Source: Bdellovibrionota bacterium
GTDB taxonomy: Bacteria > Bdellovibrionota_C > UBA2361 > OMII01
Assembly: GCA_044345405.1 (NCBI GenBank)
Contig: JBIJBE010000046.1
Location: forward strand, 1 to 26,581
Length of the DNA: 26,581 nucleotides
Direction: 5' to 3'
Under the pieces are notes generated by a model. It saw nothing but the letters and a program-made list of their open reading frames with translations. It made no database searches and had not been told where the DNA came from. Below are positions 1 through 8,638 of the stretch, in pieces. Every line of letters starts with the position of its first letter. Position 1 is the stretch's first letter. The translations under genes were made by a program, and so were the position numbers.

Positions 1-200
1 CCGGTGTACGCCTCCTGTAGTGTTGGAGCTTCTCCTTTGCCTTCTCCCATATGTAGCGCCTGAGCATGCAGGCTGATTCGGGAGGGGGAGGGGATGGTGT
101 GTGTTAGATGCGGGCAGAATAGATGCGGAGCATTCAGGAGTTGGTTCAGAGCGTGCTCAGATGGAGCTCCTCAACGAATACTAAGATGGTGCGGAGGCTC

Positions 201-740
201 TTATAATCGTGAATTTCCGAGCTGAGGGAATATAGAGGCGTAGGTTGCTCCCAGCTCTTGATACCCTCTCGCCGAAGCCAGAAGGCTCTCTATCTCATCC
301 TCCGTAAGAGAGCGCACAACCTTCGCCGGTGTACCAATCACTAAACTTCGCGATGGTATCTTCATCCCTTTAGGGACGAGAGTGTGTGCGCCGATAATGC
401 ACTCCTCTCCAACCTCAGCGTTATCAAGAACGGTCGCCCCCATTCCGATCAGGCACCGATCGCCGATCGAGCATCCGTGGATGATGGCGCGGTGTCCAAC
501 GGTTACGTCTTCACCGATGAGGGCAGTGGACATCCCGTGGCTTGTGTGTACGAGGGTGTGCTCCTGCAGGTTTGTGCCGCGACCTACCTTGATAGCTTGG
601 ATGTCGCCTCGAAGTACGGCGTTAAAAAAGATCGAGACGTTATCGCCGATGGTGGTGTCTCCGATGATCCACGCGTCCGGCGCCACAAAAGCAGAGGCGC
701 TGACAACCGGGGTCTTCTCTTTGAAGGGAATAACCGGCAT
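201..740 (-). CDS. gamma-class carbonic anhydrase family protein (YrdA/PaaY-like, hexapeptide left-handed beta-helix)
   Basis: Contains AFVAPDAWIIGDTTIG, LRGD, TNLQE..VH, VTVGHRAIIHGCSIG (His ligands) and GTPAKVVRSL. Start moved to ATG 740 (MPVIPF) because the longer ORF overlaps pdhB. Confidence 0.9.
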   Translation of the reverse strand: MPVIPFKEKTPVVSASAFVAPDAWIIGDTTIGDNVSIFFNAVLRGDIQAIKVGRGTNLQEHTLVHTSHGMSTALIGEDVTVGHRAIIHGCSIGDRCLIGMGATVLDNAEVGEECIIGAHTLVPKGMKIPSRSLVIGTPAKVVRSLTEDEIESLLASARGYQELGATYASIFPQLGNSRL

Positions 741-774
741 ATCAGCGCCTCGCTTTTTTCTATGAGTGTTCGCG

Positions 775-1779
775 TTATCCGCAGATAGCTCGCACTTCCT
801 GACAGATTCTCTCAACGCTTGGAAGGAGAACAACCTCAAGCGCCTTCGAGTATGGCATCGGAGCCTCAAGGGTCGAGACCAATCCTACTGGCGCGTCGAG
901 CTCGTCGAAGATCTCACGTGTAATGAGGTGTCCGAGGAACGCTCCGTAGCTTGCTACTTCGTGTTGCTCTTGAACTACAACGCAACGGTGAGTCTTGGCG
1001 ACCGAGGTGAGCAAGGTCTCCGTATCGAGAGGACGAAGGGTTCGAAGGTCAACGACCTCCGCCGAGATACCTTCCTTCTCGAGTTGCGCAGCGGCATCCA
1101 ACGTGATGAAGAGATTCTTAGACCATGTAACGAGGGTTACATCGGTTCCTTCGCGCTTGATGTCAGCTTTTCCGATCGGAACGAGGTACTCTTCAGTTGG
1201 AACTGGACCACGTAATCCGTAGGTAAGCTCTGACTCAAAGAAGCACACGGGGTTGTCGTTTCGGATCGAGCTCTTGAGCAATCCCTTCATGTCGTACGGT
1301 GTTGCTGGAGCAACAACGATAAGACCTGGGGTGTACGCGTAGAAGTGTTCGAATGAGTTCGCGTGTTGAGCTCCCAACTGGAACGCTGCTCCACCAGCTC
1401 CTCGGAATACGATTGGACACTCGATCTGACCTGCCGACATGAGTCGAGACTTAGCGGCGGTGTTCAGGATCTGGTCGATCGCGACGAGCGAGAAGTTGAA
1501 GGTCATGAACTCAACGATCGGGCGGAGTCCTGCCATCGCGGCGCCGATACCGATGCCGGCGAAGCCGGTTTCAGCGATCGGTGCGTCGATAACGCGCTTT
1601 GAGCCGAACTGCTCAAGCATGCCCTTAGAGCACTTATATGCTCCGTTGTAGTGTCCGACCTCTTCGCCGACGAGGAATACGCGCTCATCGCGCACCATCT
1701 CTTCCGTCATCGCCTCTTTGAGGGCGTCTCGAATCTGAATCTCACGAACTGCTGATTGAGCTGATGTATCGTTTAACAT
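775..1779 (-). CDS. pdhB: pyruvate dehydrogenase E1 component beta subunit
   Basis: Contains GEEVGHYNGAYK, DAPIAETGFAG, EFMTFNF..AIDQI, GAQH and VVDLRTLRPLD. Start taken as ATG 1779, just after the pdhA stop (ATG 1791 is an alternative). Confidence 0.93.
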   Translation of the reverse strand: MLNDTSAQSAVREIQIRDALKEAMTEEMVRDERVFLVGEEVGHYNGAYKCSKGMLEQFGSKRVIDAPIAETGFAGIGIGAAMAGLRPIVEFMTFNFSLVAIDQILNTAAKSRLMSAGQIECPIVFRGAGGAAFQLGAQHANSFEHFYAYTPGLIVVAPATPYDMKGLLKSSIRNDNPVCFFESELTYGLRGPVPTEEYLVPIGKADIKREGTDVTLVTWSKNLFITLDAAAQLEKEGISAEVVDLRTLRPLDTETLLTSVAKTHRCVVVQEQHEVASYGAFLGHLITREIFDELDAPVGLVSTLEAPMPYSKALEVVLLPSVERICQEVRAICG

Positions 1780-1783
1780 GGCA

Positions 1784-2731
1784 TTAGGCATAGGTGTAAT
1801 CCATTGCTGTTTCTGGGGCTGGGAATGGGGATTCTTCGGCGAATCGAACGGCATCTTGGATCTCCTCCTCGATCTCGTTCTCAATCTGTATGCGAAGGTC
1901 CTTCATGCCCTGAGCGTCCATGGTCTCTCCGAGAACCTTGATCGGGTCTCGGGACTTCCACTCGTCGACATCAGCCGCGGTTCGGTACTTGGCAGGATCC
2001 GCCATGGAGTGCCCACGGTAGCGGTAGGTCTTCGCCTCGATGAGGGTTGGAAGGTGTTGCTCTCGAGCGCGTTTCGCCGCTGCGTGCATCGTAGCGCGAA
2101 CTGCGTAGATATCGTGACCATCAACGGTTTCACGAGCCATCGGATACGCAAGCGCGCGGATCGAGAGGTCGTCGGTTGGAGCTGTTCGCTCAAGCGGCGT
2201 TCCCATCGCATATTGATTGTTCTCGATGATGAAGACCGCTGGGATGCCCCAGAGTGCTGAGAGCGCGAGTCCTTCGTGGAATGCTCCGATGTTGATGGCG
2301 CCATCACCAAGGTAGCATACAGCGATATTGTCGTCGCCCTTATACTTCTCAGCGAACGCGAGCCCCGCTGCGACAGGAACCTGTCCGCCCACGATGCCCC
2401 AACCGCCCATGAAGCGACGCTCTACGTCGAAGAAGTGCATGGAACCACCGCGGCCCTTGGCGCAGCCGGTCTCTTTACCCATCAGCTCGGCCATTCCAGC
2501 GCGAGCCGATCCGCCGCGAGCCAGGTAGTGTCCGTGGCAGCGGTAGCCGGTCATGATGTAATCGGTGTCCTTCAATACTGAGATCGTTCCGACTGCGACC
2601 GCCTCTTGTCCGATATAGAGGTGTAAGAATCCTCCGATCTTCTTCTCGGTGTAGAGGCGTGCGGCCTCCTCCTCGAAGCGACGGATGCGCAGCATCTTCG
2701 CAAACAGGTCAGTTAGAACTTCATGTTCCAT
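1784..2731 (-). CDS. pdhA: pyruvate dehydrogenase E1 component alpha subunit
   Basis: Contains RRFEE, IGGFLHLYIGQEA, GRGGSMH, the TPP motif GDGA..N..ENNQY, and TYRYRGHSMADP. ATG 2731 is preceded by a GGAG RBS. Confidence 0.95.
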   Translation of the reverse strand: MEHEVLTDLFAKMLRIRRFEEEAARLYTEKKIGGFLHLYIGQEAVAVGTISVLKDTDYIMTGYRCHGHYLARGGSARAGMAELMGKETGCAKGRGGSMHFFDVERRFMGGWGIVGGQVPVAAGLAFAEKYKGDDNIAVCYLGDGAINIGAFHEGLALSALWGIPAVFIIENNQYAMGTPLERTAPTDDLSIRALAYPMARETVDGHDIYAVRATMHAAAKRAREQHLPTLIEAKTYRYRGHSMADPAKYRTAADVDEWKSRDPIKVLGETMDAQGMKDLRIQIENEIEEEIQDAVRFAEESPFPAPETAMDYTYA

Positions 2732-3046
2732 CGTTTTCTCCGCGTGGGAAGGAATCTGTGGGTCGAGCTTTGAAACTACTACGACCGACCAACAGAAAAA
2801 ATGTAATACAACGTGGGGCTTACTTGAGCGCCGCCACTGTGAGTTCCGGAGGTAAGCGAACACCGCTTCGACCGGAGACCCGACGGGGCTTTATACCAGC
2901 CGCTCTGGGGGCTGTCCACCCGGGGAGAGGTCAGAGAATGGGGGGAGGCGGGAGCGATAGAGCGTGGTCAAAAAAATAGGCCATCATGTTGATTATACTA
3001 AGAGAGTATATAGCGGGTTGGTCCCAGAAGGTCGTAGTATGGGGCC

Positions 3047-3682
3047 ATGTCCGGTTTGCGATATCTCATGGCTGTTGACCCGAGTCTGACCTGTTCCGGT
3101 TGGGCACTCCTCTCGATAGGAGATGGGGAGGTGTTGACAGTCGGGAAGATTAAATCTGCCCCCCCCTCGATACCGCTGGCTACCCGCCTCGAGCGTCTCC
3201 AAGGCGCCATCAAGAAGGTGATCGAAAATCTCGCGTTGGGGGAGCTGGATGTGCTCGTATGTGAGGCGCCCACGACGATGAAGGACCCGCACAACGCCAT
3301 CAAGGTGGAACAGGTGCGGGGATTGTTTGAGTCCACCGGCAGAAGTAGGGGGGTGGTTGTGCCCGGTAGGGTCAATCCACGCTCCGTTCAGTTCGAGGTC
3401 ATGGGATTGACCGGTAAACAGGTAGGTCGCACGGAGGTAAAGGCGGCGGCGGTTCGAACGGTTCAGTACCTCTACACTCCCGCGTTGCGACGACTCGGGT
3501 TGGCGACAACGGCAGAGGACCTTAAAAAACATCAGGATATCGTCGACGCGGTTTTGATCGGCCGTTTCGCGGTGCTGCGAATTCAGGGTGCGCTCGACGC
3601 GCGACAAGCCCTTGAGTCTGTCTTTGAGACGCAGAGCAAGCAACAACGAGCTTCATGGAGGGTGCGATCATGCGCAGTGTAA
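3047..3682 (+). CDS. ruvC: RuvC-like crossover junction endodeoxyribonuclease
   Basis: RNase H-fold catalytic pattern: MAVDPSLTCSGWA (D), VLVCEAP (E), P..V....G.TG.....K, and DIVDAVLIG (D..D). Has a C-terminal extension; no ruvA/ruvB in the window. Confidence 0.78.
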   Translation: MSGLRYLMAVDPSLTCSGWALLSIGDGEVLTVGKIKSAPPSIPLATRLERLQGAIKKVIENLALGELDVLVCEAPTTMKDPHNAIKVEQVRGLFESTGRSRGVVVPGRVNPRSVQFEVMGLTGKQVGRTEVKAAAVRTVQYLYTPALRRLGLATTAEDLKKHQDIVDAVLIGRFAVLRIQGALDARQALESVFETQSKQQRASWRVRSCAV

Positions 3683-4860
3683 ATAGATCAGTGATACGGG
3701 CGTGCGCGTTGTTCGGTGTGTTCTTCGCGTGCTGCGCTTCGCCCTTCGTATCGTTTGGCTCGGATGAGCCAAAGAAGGAGTCCGCTGAGAAGGCGGCTGA
3801 GGGAGAGGCGGCACCGCAGAAGCCAAAAGTGAAACGCACTCCGTTGACCGGAGAGGACCCTCGAGGTCCGAGTGATCTCACCGTGTGTTCGCAAAATTTA
3901 AAGATGTACGGAACCTTTAGCACGCTGAAGGTTCGAAATCCCGCGTACACCCGTCAGGAACACGCCGAAAAGATCGCCGCCCTCGTTGAGCGGTTCGACG
4001 CCGTGAACTGTGATGTCATCTCGCTTCAAGAGGTGATGGGGGAAAAAGAGGCTGACGCTAAGGCCGCCTTGGATGAACTTGCGGCCCAGCTCGGAAAGAA
4101 AGACAACCGAGTATTCTCATCGAGGGTCGCGCCTCCTGCCGAAGGCGGAATGACCCTTGGCTTTCTCATCGCGAACGACCGCGCCACGATCCTCAACGCG
4201 GTTTCGTACGCCAAGGTTGAGCTTCCGAAGTTAGCTGAGAAGCAACGACCGAGGCTCTTCCTTCGAACCCCGATGGAGCTTCAGATCTCAGTGCCATCTC
4301 GGAACGGACACGAGCTAAAAACTATCTCGGTCGTCAATTTTCACTTCAAATCGAAGCGAGGCGCTGCGTCTGATCCAACCGGCCTTGAGTGGGAGACCTA
4401 TCGAATGGAGATGGCTGAAGCTCTGCGTCGCATCATTGACCATCGACATAAGCAGGCGTTCGCCTCTTCCGATTCTCTCTTACTCGTGATGGGTGACCGG
4501 AATGGAAATTACGATGTCGCGAGCGCGCGTATCCTTGAGGGCTCTCTCGTTCTTCAGGAGTTTCGCGCCAAAGGGGGGTGCCGTTTGAGCAAGCGCGGAG
4601 TTCCGATCTGTAAGACGGGAACCTCACTTCCGCAACGGCTCTTTAGTGTGTTCGCCCGAAATGAGCGGGTGCATTCACTTCCCGGAACCTTTAGTTACGA
4701 GGGTGAGTATTCATGGCTCGATGATATCTTGATGCCCGCGGAGTCATTGCCCTTCGCCTGGAAGAGTCCGTACGTTGAGGGTGAGTACGATTCTGGGGTG
4801 GTGTACGCTCCGAAGAACGCCTCTGACCACGCGCTCGTGTACGTCCAACTTAACTGGTAG
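3670..4860 (+). CDS. secreted endonuclease/exonuclease/phosphatase (EEP) family protein
   Basis: EEP motifs SQNL, SLQEV, NFHFKSK, MGDRN, LDDIL and ASDH. N-terminal hydrophobic signal-like segment. ATG 3670 follows GGAGG and overlaps the end of the ruvC-like gene. Confidence 0.85.
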   Translation: MRSVNRSVIRACALFGVFFACCASPFVSFGSDEPKKESAEKAAEGEAAPQKPKVKRTPLTGEDPRGPSDLTVCSQNLKMYGTFSTLKVRNPAYTRQEHAEKIAALVERFDAVNCDVISLQEVMGEKEADAKAALDELAAQLGKKDNRVFSSRVAPPAEGGMTLGFLIANDRATILNAVSYAKVELPKLAEKQRPRLFLRTPMELQISVPSRNGHELKTISVVNFHFKSKRGAASDPTGLEWETYRMEMAEALRRIIDHRHKQAFASSDSLLLVMGDRNGNYDVASARILEGSLVLQEFRAKGGCRLSKRGVPICKTGTSLPQRLFSVFARNERVHSLPGTFSYEGEYSWLDDILMPAESLPFAWKSPYVEGEYDSGVVYAPKNASDHALVYVQLNW

Positions 4861-5800
4861 CTTTCGAAAGCTGTCGCATTACCGCTTTGAAGGAGCGATC
4901 AAGGCTCTCAGAGTGGCAGTAATCGTTCGATGTGGAGGTATAGAACGCGGCTCGTACCTGCTCCTCTATCTCGGTCTCTGTGAAGCCATCTTTTCGCGCT
5001 TTCGTAACCTCAGTGATGAGATCCTCGGTGTTCTGAGGGATAGCGAGAAGATGACGCTTAGTTAAAGCTCCAGTGACTGCCCCACCGTAGCTAAATCCAA
5101 GTCCGTTTAATTGGATATCATTAAATTTTCGAATAGAGGCGAGCGCCTCATGGAGATTTGTGTCTCCGCCTGGCGCGGCGAGGTTTCGCCCGTGAAAGTA
5201 TCCGAACGTCTCGTCGACGATGGCAAACTCGTGCGGTACCACAAGATACGCGACTGAGTGGGGACGGTGACCGGGGGTCGACACACTTCTGATCGTTATG
5301 TCCTCATCGAGGTGAATGGAATCTGTCTCTACAAGGTGCTTATCGATCTTAAGTCCCTTGGAGAACTCCTCAAAGGATAGATCTTCGGATGGCGGGGTCG
5401 CTCCCACGGTTTTTGAGAGTTGTCGATCTTGGTCGAAGAGATCTCGTACGAAGGATTTGTCGGCGAGCTGGTTATGCATAGCCACCGTTCCGTATACCTT
5501 GAGCGATGGATTCAGTCGCCTCAGAAGTGGGATTCCCGCCACTCGATCCGCGTCCAGATGGGTCACGAATATCTGTCGAATGTTCGCGAAGGGGAGCTTT
5601 AACCTGTCGAAGCGCTCCTTAAGCGCATGCACATGCATGGTGGCTCCAGGATCGCTGAGCGCGATATCGCCGCTCTCGGCGACGATGGCGTAGCGGCAGG
5701 TCGCGCCCAAAGTAATAAGGTAAAGGCGTTCGTAGATGAGGCCCGAGGATCTAAGGAACATGGTAACCCGTTTGAAACAACTCGTTACCAACTCTGCCAT
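4850..5800 (-). CDS. metallo-beta-lactamase fold protein with degenerate metal-binding motif
   Basis: Contains LSDPG, IRQIFVTHLDADRVAG (at the HxHxDH position) and STPGHRPHSVAY. The start may instead be ATG 5761. Confidence 0.75.
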   Translation of the reverse strand: MAELVTSCFKRVTMFLRSSGLIYERLYLITLGATCRYAIVAESGDIALSDPGATMHVHALKERFDRLKLPFANIRQIFVTHLDADRVAGIPLLRRLNPSLKVYGTVAMHNQLADKSFVRDLFDQDRQLSKTVGATPPSEDLSFEEFSKGLKIDKHLVETDSIHLDEDITIRSVSTPGHRPHSVAYLVVPHEFAIVDETFGYFHGRNLAAPGGDTNLHEALASIRKFNDIQLNGLGFSYGGAVTGALTKRHLLAIPQNTEDLITEVTKARKDGFTETEIEEQVRAAFYTSTSNDYCHSESLDRSFKAVMRQLSKATS

Positions 5801-5944
5801 GCACCTGAGTCAGGTCTACATGAGAGAGCAGGTTTTTCTATTGTTTCACGGGAAGGGGAGGGAACTCAACTAAGAGCGAGTGGGTAGGCCAGAAAAATGC
5901 CGCTTGAGACTGGTAGGATCTCAAGCGGCACAGAAGAAAAGATA

Positions 5945-5988
5945 ACGAAGAAAACGAAAGGTTCGCACCCTTGTGTAAGGGTGCGAAC
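5945..5988 (-). terminator. intrinsic terminator downstream of recA
   Basis: Perfect 12-bp inverted repeat GTTCGCACCCTT-gtgt-AAGGGTGCGAAC (5961-5988), 3 nt after the recA stop, followed on the minus strand by U-rich CTTTCGTTTTCTTCG. Confidence 0.85.
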
Positions 5989-5991
5989 GTA

Positions 5992-7101
5992 CTATCCATT
6001 CGCGACAGCCTTTTTCTTGCTCTTGGAGGTCTTCTCGGTGATCGTAAGATCCTCATTCGTTGCATCCGCCAACTGTTTAGGGGTAGCGCCAGCTAAGTGA
6101 GAGTCCAAGATGAGGCTTCGGATCTCCTTGGCCATCTCTGGGTTCTCACGGAGGAACTGCTTAGCTCCCTCGCGTCCCTGACCGATTCGCTCACCCTTGT
6201 AGCTGAACCATGCGCCAGCCTTGTCGATGATGCCTTTGTCGCTACCGATATCGATGATTTCACCGAGCAAGCTAACGCCCTCGTTGAAGATGATATCGAA
6301 CTCGGCTTCACGAAACGGAGCCGCTACCTTGTTCTTAACAACCTTCACCTTAACTCGGTTACCGGTTACGTCGTTAGCGTCCTTAATCTGTCCGATACGA
6401 CGAACGTCCAATCGAACTGACGCGTAGAACTTAAGCGCGTTACCGCCGGTGGTTGTCTCTGGGCTTCCGAACATAACGCCGATCTTCATACGGATCTGGT
6501 TGATGAAGATGATGGTCGTGTTCGACTTCGCAGTGATAGCGGTGAGCTTTCGGAGCGCCTTGCTCATCAGGCGAGCTTGCAATCCTGGTTGCTGATCACC
6601 CATCTCACCTTCGATCTCGGCCCTCGGAACGAGCGCCGCGACGGAGTCGATGACGACAAGGTCCACCGAATTTGAGGATACGAGCGCTTCCGTAATCTCA
6701 AGCGCTTGCTCTCCACAATCCGGTTGGCTGACAAGAAGCTTTGAGGTGTCTACGCCAAGACGCTTTGCGTAGTTTACGTCGAGAGCGTGCTCCGCATCGA
6801 TGTACACCACTGTGCCACCTGCGCGCTGAACCTCTGCGGTTGTGCTTAGGGCGAGAGTCGTCTTACCTGATGACTCAGGACCGTAAATCTCACAGATACG
6901 TCCCTTTGGAATTCCACCGATACCGAGTGCTAAATCAAGGGAGAGACTTCCCGTTGAGTAGCTGTCCATTACTTGGCCTTCAGTCGCCTCAAGGTTCATG
7001 ATGGCGCCCTTGCCGAACTTCTTCTCAAGTTGAGAGATCGCGGTTGAGAGAGCTTTTCCCTTTTCTCCGCCTGTCTCACCGTCTCTATCGTAAAGTTCCA
7101 T
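5992..7101 (-). CDS. recA: recombinase RecA
   Basis: Contains GPESSGKTT (P-loop), [26 protein letters not shown] and the signature [22 protein letters not shown] upstream. Confidence 0.99.
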   Translation of the reverse strand: MELYDRDGETGGEKGKALSTAISQLEKKFGKGAIMNLEATEGQVMDSYSTGSLSLDLALGIGGIPKGRICEIYGPESSGKTTLALSTTAEVQRAGGTVVYIDAEHALDVNYAKRLGVDTSKLLVSQPDCGEQALEITEALVSSNSVDLVVIDSVAALVPRAEIEGEMGDQQPGLQARLMSKALRKLTAITAKSNTTIIFINQIRMKIGVMFGSPETTTGGNALKFYASVRLDVRRIGQIKDANDVTGNRVKVKVVKNKVAAPFREAEFDIIFNEGVSLLGEIIDIGSDKGIIDKAGAWFSYKGERIGQGREGAKQFLRENPEMAKEIRSLILDSHLAGATPKQLADATNEDLTITEKTSKSKKKAVANG

Positions 7102-7234
7102 TCTGTATCTCCTGTTGTTTGGTTAAATCTTACTATTTATTTGTGGTTCAATCGTGCGGTGCTTGAGATCCTCTATGAACACTACCATGCCTTAAAACAG
7201 TGGTATGCTAAAGAGAGAAAATCCTTCCACCTTA

Positions 7235-7891
7235 CTAGTGAAGCTCTCGGATAACACCGATGAGTCGACCCTGGATCGTTACCTTGTCCACCGTGATCGG
7301 TTGCATCGTTGGGTTCGCCGGGATGAGCATCACCGAGCCGTTCTTTAATCGACGATACCGCTTCAAAGTTGCGCTTCCATCCTCTAGAAGAGCAACGACG
7401 ATCTGTCCATCTTCAGCGTTCTCTTGTTTCTTAATAACGACAATATCCCGGTCGCATATGTGCTCGTCGATCATTGAGTTTCCACTCACCTCGAGGCAGT
7501 AGACCTCGCCACGACCGTTGATCATATTCGGAGGGATATCGATGGTGGCGGCCTGTTCAACCGCTTCTATGGGTCGTCCCGCCGCGATAACACCGACGAG
7601 TGGAACCGCTGTAGGTCCAAGTTCGGGGGTTACACGGTCGAGAAGCTCCAACATTCCATCCACACCCCGTCGAATGAAGCCTTTCTGCTCCAATCTCTCT
7701 AGGTGGAAGTGCGCTGTTGAAGCGGATTTAACCCCGATAAACTCCGCGATGTCCTTAAGGGAAGGGGCATAGCCCTTTTCCGCAAGGAATTTTCTCAAGA
7801 ATTCAAGGGTTTGCCGCTGTACTGGGGCAAGGGTGCTGGATTGGTACGACGAGGCGTCCTCTCCGATCTGTTTACGCGATTTAGCTTTCAT
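7235..7891 (-). CDS. lexA: SOS transcriptional repressor LexA
   Basis: N-terminal wHTH (GYAPSLKDIA..HLERLEQKGFI), Ala-Gly cleavage site IAAG, catalytic Ser (GNSM) and Lys (ATLKR). Lies directly upstream of recA. Confidence 0.96.
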   Translation of the reverse strand: MKAKSRKQIGEDASSYQSSTLAPVQRQTLEFLRKFLAEKGYAPSLKDIAEFIGVKSASTAHFHLERLEQKGFIRRGVDGMLELLDRVTPELGPTAVPLVGVIAAGRPIEAVEQAATIDIPPNMINGRGEVYCLEVSGNSMIDEHICDRDIVVIKKQENAEDGQIVVALLEDGSATLKRYRRLKNGSVMLIPANPTMQPITVDKVTIQGRLIGVIRELH

Positions 7892-7922
7892 GAGGGTCCT
7901 TTTAAAAGCCGTCTATGGGCGT

Positions 7923-7951
7923 ACTATATAGAAAAAGGATAGAACCCACAA
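7923..7951 (-). promoter_or_regulatory. putative sigma70 promoter of lexA(-recA)
   Basis: Minus strand reads TTGTGG-N17-TATAGT, with the -10 element about 30 nt upstream of the lexA ATG. Confidence 0.55.
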
Positions 7952-8100
7952 CCTAAATGTATAGCTTAGTGCCTTTTTTTCAGGAAAAGGTTCGGAGGGT
8001 CCATTTTTAGCTTCATTATTCCGTCCGTCGTTCCGACCATTATCTTTAACGGGGCGAATGTGCCTTCGGTTATTACAGCGCTCAAGGAGCGAGAGATTTG

Positions 8101-8535
8101 ATGCGAATGATTCCGGGCGGAGAAATGGTTGGAGGCGGCGCACGCAAGGAGGTTAAGCTCCTTGTTGTTGACGATCAGTCCGATCATTTCGAGCAGATCC
8201 GTTCGTTCGCTGATATGTATAGCTCGCAGTTCGTTATCGAGTGCAAGCTGGCCCAGGATAAAGATGAAGCCCAGCAGGTAATGGAATCGTGGAGCCCCTC
8301 CGTGGTGCTCGTTGATGTCCATCTCATTTCGGATGCCCTCAGCCTCATTCAAGAGATTAGTCATAAGGGTGCATCAGTTGTCGCGGTGAGCGAGGCTCGA
8401 ATCCCTCAGCTCACAGAGACAGCCCAAACCTATGGCGCGGTTGGATGCCTTACGAAGAGCGATAATCCAGATGATGTTGAGCACCTTGTGGGGTATATCG
8501 CGTCTATAGCCACCTCCTCAGTTGTAAGTCACTAA
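8101..8535 (+). CDS. single-domain response regulator receiver (CheY-like)
   Basis: LLVVDD acidic pocket, VLVD phosphoacceptor Asp, AVS (Ser/Thr) and GAVGCLTK (Lys). No output domain. AGGAG upstream. Confidence 0.85.
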   Translation: MRMIPGGEMVGGGARKEVKLLVVDDQSDHFEQIRSFADMYSSQFVIECKLAQDKDEAQQVMESWSPSVVLVDVHLISDALSLIQEISHKGASVVAVSEARIPQLTETAQTYGAVGCLTKSDNPDDVEHLVGYIASIATSSVVSH

Positions 8536-8638
8536 CACCACTAGCTCGTTTCGATGAATTCCTCTTTTTAGAACGGGATTCTCGGGCTACTCTACTGCAT
8601 TACGAGAGTTGATAAGTTTCTCGCCGGTGGAGATGTGT

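Noticed and set aside
1-200. Possible minus-strand gene start at ATG 50 (MGEGKGEAPT..) and a 9-nt direct repeat TAGATGCGG
   Set aside because: Only 16 codons are visible, with no RBS or motif; a two-copy 9-mer is not significant.
2993-3646. 217-aa minus-strand ORF
   Set aside because: Antisense shadow of the RuvC-like gene, with no motifs.
3047-3682. RuvC domain as TnpB/Cas12 or transposase
   Set aside because: Only 211 aa, with no zinc finger or REC region and no flanking IS ends or array; the motif spacing fits a resolvase.
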